This document shows, piece by piece, positions 57,881 through 64,000 of a DNA stretch of 64,000 nucleotides (the first letter of the stretch is position 1; each line of letters begins with the position of its first letter). Below the pieces are notes generated by a model. It searched no databases and was not told where the DNA came from. It was given only the letters and a program-made list of their open reading frames with translations. The translations under genes and the position numbers were made by a program. This DNA is from Rhodocyclaceae bacterium (GTDB lineage: Bacteria; Pseudomonadota; Gammaproteobacteria; Burkholderiales; Rhodocyclaceae). The DNA lies in contig JAUXXJ010000047.1 of NCBI GenBank assembly GCA_030681195.1, positions 19,643 through 83,642 on the forward strand. Direction: 5' to 3'.

Positions 57881-59137
57881 TTAGCCGCGCTTTTTCAGCA
57901 CGAATTCAATACTGCATTCCGCCATCGGCGTGCGCGTCTGGTCGACGCCGCGCGGCAGGGTGGCCGCGCGGTAGCCCTGGTCGATCAGCTGGAGTGACAG
58001 GATTTCTACCTGCGCGCGGAATTCGCCAAGCAGGTCGAGCAGGTTGACCGATACCGGCGACCATGAGGAAGGCTTGGCGATGGTGAAGCTGATCTTGTGG
58101 TCGCTATTGAAGCGGCTTGGCCACTGGCCCTGTTCGTAGAGGTCCTCGTCCGGTACAGCGATGACAAGATGGCCACCGGGTTTGACCACGCGCAGCCAGT
58201 TGGCCAGCGCGTCGCGTGCGTCGCGCATGTGTTCGAGGCAATGCGAGGAATAGAGGAAGTCAAAGCTGTCGTCGAGGATGTTGGCCAGCGTTTGCGCGTC
58301 GCCGTGCGGTTGGTCATAGACGAAAATGTTGCGCGCCAGCGGAAAAAACTCCTTGTAGAGCGACAGTGAATCGATACCACCGCCTACATCGATACCATTG
58401 CCCTTGAAGTAGCGGGTGGCGAAGCGGCTGTCGGCCAGGCGGCGCTGCATCGAGATGGCGGTCACGCCCGGCACCACGTCCGCGCGGTATTGCAGGGGGC
58501 CGGAAGCATCTTGCGGGCGGATGTTGATCCAGGTTTTGCGGTCGAGCGCAACGGTTTTCGGCGCAAGGATCAGGTAACCCTCGTCGTCTCGCAGCAGGTA
58601 GGAAGCATGGGTTTCTTTCAGCCGCTCGATGCGTGCCATGAGGGCGGGCTTTTCGTTCCAGCGGCGGGCGAATTCGGGACATTCGCCATTTTGGAACGCG
58701 CCATCGAAATACATGCGCACGTCGTCCATGACAATCACGCTGCGCGAGAGGTCGCCAGCCAGCAGGATGTCGAACTCCTCGATCAGCGGAAAGCTGCCGG
58801 GGTCGCGTGCCGACTCGACATAAGTAGTTAGCCCAAAATCGGCGCCACCGAGAAAATGCGCGTCGAGGAAGTAAAAGCTTGCCGTCCCGCCAGCGCCGAC
58901 TTTTTGCAGAAACGCCTTGCTTTCCCCCTGTTCCAGATGCACCTGCGGAAACGCGGCAAAGCGCTTCTGGCAGGCTTGGTAAAGCGGTTCGGCCAGTTCG
59001 ACGGAATGCAGCTCCGGGAAACCGCAGCGTACCGCCCAGGCGAGCGAATCGCCGCGACCGGTGCCGGTTTCGATCAGGCGCTCAAGCCTGAATGTTTCGC
59101 GCAAGTGGCGCAGGTTAAAGCGCAGCAGACTGCCCAT
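57881..59137 (-). CDS. Two-domain class I SAM-dependent methyltransferase
   Basis: N-domain has motif I-like IETGTGRGDS. C-domain has IDVGGG ... FDFLYSSHCLEHM ... VKPGGHLVIAVP (Methyltransf_11/23-like). Confidence 0.7.
   Translation of the reverse strand: MGSLLRFNLRHLRETFRLERLIETGTGRGDSLAWAVRCGFPELHSVELAEPLYQACQKRFAAFPQVHLEQGESKAFLQKVGAGGTASFYFLDAHFLGGADFGLTTYVESARDPGSFPLIEEFDILLAGDLSRSVIVMDDVRMYFDGAFQNGECPEFARRWNEKPALMARIERLKETHASYLLRDDEGYLILAPKTVALDRKTWINIRPQDASGPLQYRADVVPGVTAISMQRRLADSRFATRYFKGNGIDVGGGIDSLSLYKEFFPLARNIFVYDQPHGDAQTLANILDDSFDFLYSSHCLEHMRDARDALANWLRVVKPGGHLVIAVPDEDLYEQGQWPSRFNSDHKISFTIAKPSSWSPVSVNLLDLLGEFRAQVEILSLQLIDQGYRAATLPRGVDQTRTPMAECSIEFVLKKRG
58880..58905 (+). repeat. 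Dispersed 26-nt motif, copy 13
   Basis: tgccgtcccgccagcgccgacttttt, inside the methyltransferase gene (antisense, read as QKVGAGGTA). Confidence 0.9.
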
Positions 59138-59141
59138 GATG

Positions 59142-62100
59142 TCATTTTCCTTTCTTCTTCTTGGCGGCGGCGCGCAAATCCTTTGCCAGGCGCACCAGCG
59201 GCGCCGACCAGTCCTTGCGCTTGTCTTGACGGTACAAGGTCAGGGTCGGATACCAGGGGGAGTCTGCCCGATCCCACAGCCAGCGCCAGTCCGGAAGACG
59301 GGGCAAAAGTACCCGTGTTTTCACGCCAAGCGCGCCGGCCAGATGCGCCACCGAGGTATCCACGGTCAGCAGTTCGTCCAGTTCGCCGAGAATCGCGGCG
59401 GTATCCTCGAAATCCACAATTTCCGGGTCGAGATTGAGCAATCTTGTCTTTGACGACAAGGTGGCTATCTGGCTGACGGGCTCGCCCTTTTGCACCGAGA
59501 CGAAATCGAAACGTGGGTCGGACAGCAGAGCGGTGAATTGTTCGAGCACGATTGAGCGATTGGCGTCGTTGCCGTGTGTCGGCCGGCCGGCCCAGACAAT
59601 GCCGACGCGATAGTTTTTCAAGTCGGCCAGGCGCGCGTGCCAGTGCGCCTGCTTTTCCGGCAGGGCTTGCAGATAGGGCACCGCAGCGGGAATGCTGGCT
59701 AGCCTGGTGTTCAAGGCACGCGGCAAGCTCAAGAGCGGGCAGTGCAGGTCGCAGGCCGGCAGCGACTCGCCGCCTTTGACCAGGAACGTCACCCCGGGAA
59801 TGCGCGCCGCGAAACTTTCCAGGCTGGGCTGGACGACCAGCACCACCTCGGCACCGCGCGCCGCAACCAGCGGGATGTAGCGCAAAAACTGAAATGTGTC
59901 GCCAAAACCCTGCTCGGCATGAATCAGGATGCGCTTGCCCGCAATATCCTCGCCCAGCCATTGTGGGCGGTTGAAGTGGCGCACTTCCTTGCAATCCGGT
60001 TGCAGCCAGCGGCATTCGTAATGCCCCCAGCCAGCGTCCAGATCGCCCAGCATTAATTCGAGCAGCGATTCATGCAACTGCGCGCGCACATGCTGTGGGT
60101 CGATGGCCAGCGCCTGCCGAAATGCCGCCAGTGCGCCGGGAAAATCCTCGATTTCGCGCAGTACCACACCGAGGTTGTACTGGTACTCGGCCATCGTCGG
60201 TGCCAGGCTGACGGCACGGCGTGCCGCAGCAATGGCTTCCTCCCAGCGACCGAGAGCCCCCAGCGTGTTACCGAGATTCGATTGTGCGCCAGCATTGTTT
60301 GGGTCAATCTGTACCGCACGCTGCTGGTGAATGACCGCCTCATCCAGCCGGCCCAGCGCCTTGAGGAAGGCGCCCAGATTCGACCAATTGGCCGGGTCGC
60401 CAGCGTTAAAGCGTGCCGCCCGAGCTCCGAACAGCGCGGCCGGATAGTGCTGCTGGTCGCGCCAGGCGCCCACGGCCAGCAAATTCCAGGCATGGGCATG
60501 AAACGGGTGTTGCCGCAAGCCAGCCCAGGCGAGGGTTGTGGCCGTGTCCGCTTCGCTACGTTCCAGCGCTGTTCTGGTTTGCTCAAACAAAAAGTCGGCG
60601 CTGGCGGGACGGCGCTCGCTGCCGGGGATGAGGTCGTCCAGCGCGGTATGTGCCGCGCTGACCACGCCGGCCCAATCGCCGGGGCGGATCTGGCGAAACA
60701 GCCTAAGACTTGGGTACCACGGGCTGTCGTCGCGCGCCAGACGCCAGCGCCAGTCGGGCATGTAGGGCAGCAGTAACCAGGTCGGCACACCCAGCGCACC
60801 TGCCAGGTGGGCGACCGAGGTGTCGACGCACACGAGCAGATCCATCTGCGTCAATGCGGCGGCGGTGTCGGCGAAGTCCTTGAGATGGGGCGCGAGGTCG
60901 ATGATCTGTTGCCCCAGACCGAGGGCCGCAATATCGGCCGCCCTTGCACCGAACTGCAGTGAAAAGAACGTGCAGTTGGCGGCATTCAGCAAGGGCTGCA
61001 GGGCGGCCAGCGGCATTGAACGATTGGCGTCGTTGCTGTGCGCCGGGTTGCCCGCCCACACCAACGCGATACGCAGGCGTGTGACATGCGTGCTCATGCG
61101 CTGCTGCCAGGCAAGGGTGCGTTCGGTGCCGACCTCCAGGTAGGGCACCGGTGCCGGCACGCTCAGGCGGTCGATGCCCAGCACATGCGGTAGCGAGAGC
61201 AGGGGACAGACCGCCTCCACCTTGGGCATGACGGCGCCCGTGGTGACGACCGTTATCTGGGGATGCTTGGGAATGAGTGTTTCCAGCCCGCTCTGCACGG
61301 CGAAGACAATCCGGCCTTCCGGACCAATGCGTGTTGCTACCTGGGGCAGGTAACGGAGGAATTGCACGCTGTCGCCGGCACCCTGCTCGGAATGAAGGAA
61401 CAGCGTTTTGCCCGGCAACACCTCGCCGCGCCAGAGTGGATGGGTTTCCGCCATGCGCCGGCCGGGAAAGCCCAGTACGTCGAAGCGGTGCTCATAGTCG
61501 GCAAAGCCGCCCGTCAGGTCACCGGCCAGCAGACGCGCCAGGCCACGGTTGTAGATTACCGCCGGATAGTCTGGCTGGAGCGCCAGCCCGTGATCAAAGC
61601 AGTCGATGGCCTCGGCCGGGCAGTGACGTTCGGACCAGATGCGCGCCAGCAATCCCCAGGCATCCGCCTTGACGGTGGGTGTCGCTTCCCGGGCGAGCGT
61701 GGCGTGAAACTCGGCCTCGGCAGCGGCGGGGTGACCCAGTTCCAGCAGCGTTTTGCCCAGCATCAGGCGGTAGCCGGCATGGGCCGGCTGCAGGCGCACG
61801 GCGCTGGCGTAGTGGGTTAGTGCCTCGGCGTAGCGCCTGCGATCGAACAGCAGGTTGCCCAGGTTGCCGTGTGCGCCGTCGTTGTCCGGTTCGATTGCCA
61901 GGCTGCGTTGGTAGGCGGTAATCGCTTCATCGCTACGGCCCAGCGTCTTGAGGGCGACGCCCCGGTTGGCATGGCCGCGCGCCACACCGGGCTCCAGCGC
62001 AACCAGCCGGTCGAAACAGTCCACCGCCTCCTCGCCACGCCCGGCGCGTTGCAGCAGGACGCCGAGGTTATTCCAGGCATCGGCAAAACCGGGGTCGTGT

Positions 62101-62231
62101 TCGAGTACCTGGCGATAAAGCGGCTCGGCTGCTGCCGCATCGTCGGCCTGCTGCTTTTCCAAGGCGGCAGAAAAAACCCCCGCGCCGGAGCGCAGGGGTG
62201 CGGGTGGGGGGGCAGATACAGCCAAGGTCAC
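59142..62231 (-). CDS. Tandem-duplicated TPR + GT9-like glycosyltransferase protein
   Basis: Two successive modules of TPR repeats followed by ...EQG(A/F)GD(S/T)xQFLRY...(V/I)VWAG(N/R)PxHxNDANRS...DTSVAHLAGALG...DWRW...SPWYP..(L)(F/Y)RQ. 1029 aa. Confidence 0.75.
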   Translation of the reverse strand: MTLAVSAPPPAPLRSGAGVFSAALEKQQADDAAAAEPLYRQVLEHDPGFADAWNNLGVLLQRAGRGEEAVDCFDRLVALEPGVARGHANRGVALKTLGRSDEAITAYQRSLAIEPDNDGAHGNLGNLLFDRRRYAEALTHYASAVRLQPAHAGYRLMLGKTLLELGHPAAAEAEFHATLAREATPTVKADAWGLLARIWSERHCPAEAIDCFDHGLALQPDYPAVIYNRGLARLLAGDLTGGFADYEHRFDVLGFPGRRMAETHPLWRGEVLPGKTLFLHSEQGAGDSVQFLRYLPQVATRIGPEGRIVFAVQSGLETLIPKHPQITVVTTGAVMPKVEAVCPLLSLPHVLGIDRLSVPAPVPYLEVGTERTLAWQQRMSTHVTRLRIALVWAGNPAHSNDANRSMPLAALQPLLNAANCTFFSLQFGARAADIAALGLGQQIIDLAPHLKDFADTAAALTQMDLLVCVDTSVAHLAGALGVPTWLLLPYMPDWRWRLARDDSPWYPSLRLFRQIRPGDWAGVVSAAHTALDDLIPGSERRPASADFLFEQTRTALERSEADTATTLAWAGLRQHPFHAHAWNLLAVGAWRDQQHYPAALFGARAARFNAGDPANWSNLGAFLKALGRLDEAVIHQQRAVQIDPNNAGAQSNLGNTLGALGRWEEAIAAARRAVSLAPTMAEYQYNLGVVLREIEDFPGALAAFRQALAIDPQHVRAQLHESLLELMLGDLDAGWGHYECRWLQPDCKEVRHFNRPQWLGEDIAGKRILIHAEQGFGDTFQFLRYIPLVAARGAEVVLVVQPSLESFAARIPGVTFLVKGGESLPACDLHCPLLSLPRALNTRLASIPAAVPYLQALPEKQAHWHARLADLKNYRVGIVWAGRPTHGNDANRSIVLEQFTALLSDPRFDFVSVQKGEPVSQIATLSSKTRLLNLDPEIVDFEDTAAILGELDELLTVDTSVAHLAGALGVKTRVLLPRLPDWRWLWDRADSPWYPTLTLYRQDKRKDWSAPLVRLAKDLRAAAKKKKGK
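60589..60614 (-). repeat. Dispersed 26-nt motif, copy 14
   Basis: Complement reads cgccgtcccgccagcgccgacttttt, inside the TPR-glycosyltransferase gene at the junction of its two modules (read as RRPASADFLF). Confidence 0.9.
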
Positions 62232-62250
62232 GCCGACCTGCGTCTGTGCA

Positions 62251-64000
62251 TCAGTTCGACCAGGCGAAGTCGGTCTCGCTTACAGCTGGGGCATCAAGCA
62301 GACGAATCCTCATGTCGGCCACGCCATCGCCATTGGCATCGACCATCAGATCGGAATAGGTTTTACCACCGACCTCATACGCCGCAGTTTGATAGGCTTG
62401 GCTGTTGCCCGTGTTGGTAAAACTGGTGGCGTCGTTGAGGAACGTGAAGCTGCCGTTTTGCATGCCCTGGAAGACGAGTTTATCCTCGCCACCACTGAAG
62501 TCCTCGATGGTATCGAAGACGGTCAGCGAAGACTGTGTCGTTGCGGTGTACTTGAACTGGTCCTCACCGGCACCGCCCGTCAGGGTGTCGGCGCCCACGC
62601 CGCCGACCAGCACGTCGTTGCCGTTGCCGCCGATCAGGGTGTCGGCGCCGCTGTTGCCGACCAGGGTGTCGTTGCCGTCGCCGCCTTCGAGGCGGGCGGC
62701 AGCTGTGGTCAAGACCATGATGGTGTCGTCGGATAGTCCGCCGATGACGGTTTCGACGTTCTGCACCGACACCCAGTTGTTGCCACCGTTAGCCAGCGTC
62801 AGGCTGTCGATGCCGCCACCGAGGTTGTAGGTATGGCCCGACACGGCCTCAAGCAGCTTGACATGGTCGTTGGCGCTGCCGGCGACGAGCGTTTCCACTC
62901 CCTTGATCTCGACGTAGTTGGTACCGCTGCCGAGCAGGGTCAGCCGGTCGCTGAAGCTGCCATCCCCGAGGTCGATATGACCGTAGGTGATGTTGTCGCC
63001 GTCCTTGCTGCCGATCGTCGAGGTGAGCGTGATGTTGTCGGAGAAATTGCTGCCGATGATCGTCTCCGCATTGGCGACGCTGAGCGTACTTGCTCCCTGG
63101 GCCTGTGTGAGATTGAGCGTGTCGTTGCCGGCCCCGAGGTTATAGTTGCCCGAAGCTTGGGCCACCGTGATCTTGACGTAGTCGTCACCCGTGCCGCCCA
63201 CTACCGTTTCGATCCCGGAAACCGACACGGTGTTGTTGCCCGCACTCGACAGGATCAGGCGATCGGTACCGGCGCCGAGGTTATAGATCGTGCCACTGAC
63301 GGCTTCACTCAGCGTGATGGTATCGGCGCTGGTACCGCCGGTGACGGTATGCACGCTGGCGCCAAGGGTCAGGTTGTTGGTGGCATTGGCGAGGCTGATG
63401 CGGTTGTCGGTCCCGCCACCCAGGTTGTAATTGCTGCCGGCTTGCGCCGTTGTGAAGGTGATGTGGTCATTCCCTGAGCCACCGACGATGGTTTCGACGC
63501 TGCTGACCGAAAGGGTGTTGCCACCATCCGCGAGCAGGATCTTGTCGTTGCCGCCGCCCAGGTTGAGCACCATTCCGGAGACGCTGCCACCGGTGAGATC
63601 GATGGTGTCCACGCCGCTGTTGCCAACCACGGTCGTGACGTTCTTGACGCTCACGCTGTTGGTGCCGCTGCCCAGGTTGAGGCGGTTGGTACCACCGCCC
63701 AGATCCACCTCGGCACCGGTGATGGCGGCCCCGAAGGTGATGACGTCATTGCCGGCGCCACCGACCACTGTTTCGACATTGGAGACCGTGAGGGTGTAGT
63801 GCTTGGTGTCGTCGCCGGTAAGCTCCAGTTTGTCGTCGCCGGCGCCCAGGTTGATCTGTCCACCGTTCTGTCCGCCAGTCAGGGTGACATGGTCGTCGGC
63901 AGCGATGGTGGCATGACCGGTGATGGTCTCGACCCCCGAAGCGCTGATGGTGTTTGCCGCCGGGGTCTCGGTCGTGCCACCAAAGAGCACGATGCGGTCG
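62251..64000 (-). CDS. RTX-type repeat protein, probable T1SS substrate (N-terminus outside the window)
   Basis: The frame stays open to the window edge. Degenerate ~45-aa repeats (VETIVGGxGNDxIT...YNLGxGxD.L.L). C-terminal nonapeptide Ca-binding repeats (GGDGNDTLVGNSGADTLIGGNGNDVLVGGVGADTLTGGAGED) and a DTIEDFSGGEDKLVF-type T1SS C-terminal target domain. Confidence 0.85.
   Translation of the reverse strand, partial: DRIVLFGGTTETPAANTISASGVETITGHATIAADDHVTLTGGQNGGQINLGAGDDKLELTGDDTKHYTLTVSNVETVVGGAGNDVITFGAAITGAEVDLGGGTNRLNLGSGTNSVSVKNVTTVVGNSGVDTIDLTGGSVSGMVLNLGGGNDKILLADGGNTLSVSSVETIVGGSGNDHITFTTAQAGSNYNLGGGTDNRISLANATNNLTLGASVHTVTGGTSADTITLSEAVSGTIYNLGAGTDRLILSSAGNNTVSVSGIETVVGGTGDDYVKITVAQASGNYNLGAGNDTLNLTQAQGASTLSVANAETIIGSNFSDNITLTSTIGSKDGDNITYGHIDLGDGSFSDRLTLLGSGTNYVEIKGVETLVAGSANDHVKLLEAVSGHTYNLGGGIDSLTLANGGNNWVSVQNVETVIGGLSDDTIMVLTTAAARLEGGDGNDTLVGNSGADTLIGGNGNDVLVGGVGADTLTGGAGEDQFKYTATTQSSLTVFDTIEDFSGGEDKLVFQGMQNGSFTFLNDATSFTNTGNSQAYQTAAYEVGGKTYSDLMVDANGDGVADMRIRLLDAPAVSETDFAWSN

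Noticed and set aside
59074-60799. Minus-strand alternative-frame ORFs (313 and 248 aa) within the TPR-glycosyltransferase gene.
   Set aside because: They are out of frame with a 1029-aa ORF that has repeated, interpretable motifs. Their translations are Arg/Pro/Ala-rich noise.
62251-64000. Periodic DNA repeats in the RTX gene, considered as a CRISPR-like or satellite array.
   Set aside because: The periodicity is the coding periodicity of diverged ~45-aa protein repeats within one long open frame. There are no identical direct repeats with unique spacers.
1-64000. Search by eye for tRNA, rRNA, CRISPR arrays, IS elements, transposases, integrases and prophage genes.
   Set aside because: None was recognised. 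Every long ORF is accounted for by flagellar, pilus, TA, T1SS or modification genes, and the intergenic regions are short.

Overview
High-GC proteobacterial chromosome segment (roughly 60% GC by eye, not computed). It is almost entirely a polar-flagellum regulon of the FlhF / FleSR / sigma54 + FliA type. Order along the window: 3' end of cheA; a five-gene minor-pilin / MshQ-like cluster; flhBA-flhF, a truncated flhG remnant, fliA-motAB; flgNMA (minus strand) divergent from flgBCDEFGHIJKL; a small lipoprotein gene; fliRQPONMLKJIHGF (minus strand); fleS-fleR-fliE; a RelB/RelE-type TA module whose toxin is frameshifted; ycgR, an flhB-C-terminal paralog, a fliK-like gene, fliT-fliS-fliD-flaG and two tandem flagellin genes (all minus strand); then an accessory island on the minus strand with a type I secretion system (MFP, ABC, TolC/NodT), a two-domain methyltransferase, a tandem-duplicated TPR-glycosyltransferase and a partial RTX-type repeat protein. 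I saw no rRNA, tRNA, CRISPR array, transposase or integrase. The most unusual signal is not a gene. It is a ~26-nt asymmetric motif (consensus TGCCGTCYCGCCAGCGCCGACTTTTT) present 14 times on both strands, both just after stop codons and in frame inside otherwise conserved genes, which resembles a DNA-uptake-sequence-like genome signature. Other notable points: a GGCAA-N3-TTGCC palindrome recurring at flagellar promoter regions; sigma54 and sigma28 promoter candidates that separate the two flagellin genes; a mini-FlhG lacking the ATPase core; an internally duplicated 1006-aa FliD; and glycosyltransferase and methyltransferase genes embedded between a T1SS substrate gene and its secretion genes. 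All functional calls come from reading motifs and gene order in the supplied translations. No database search was run.
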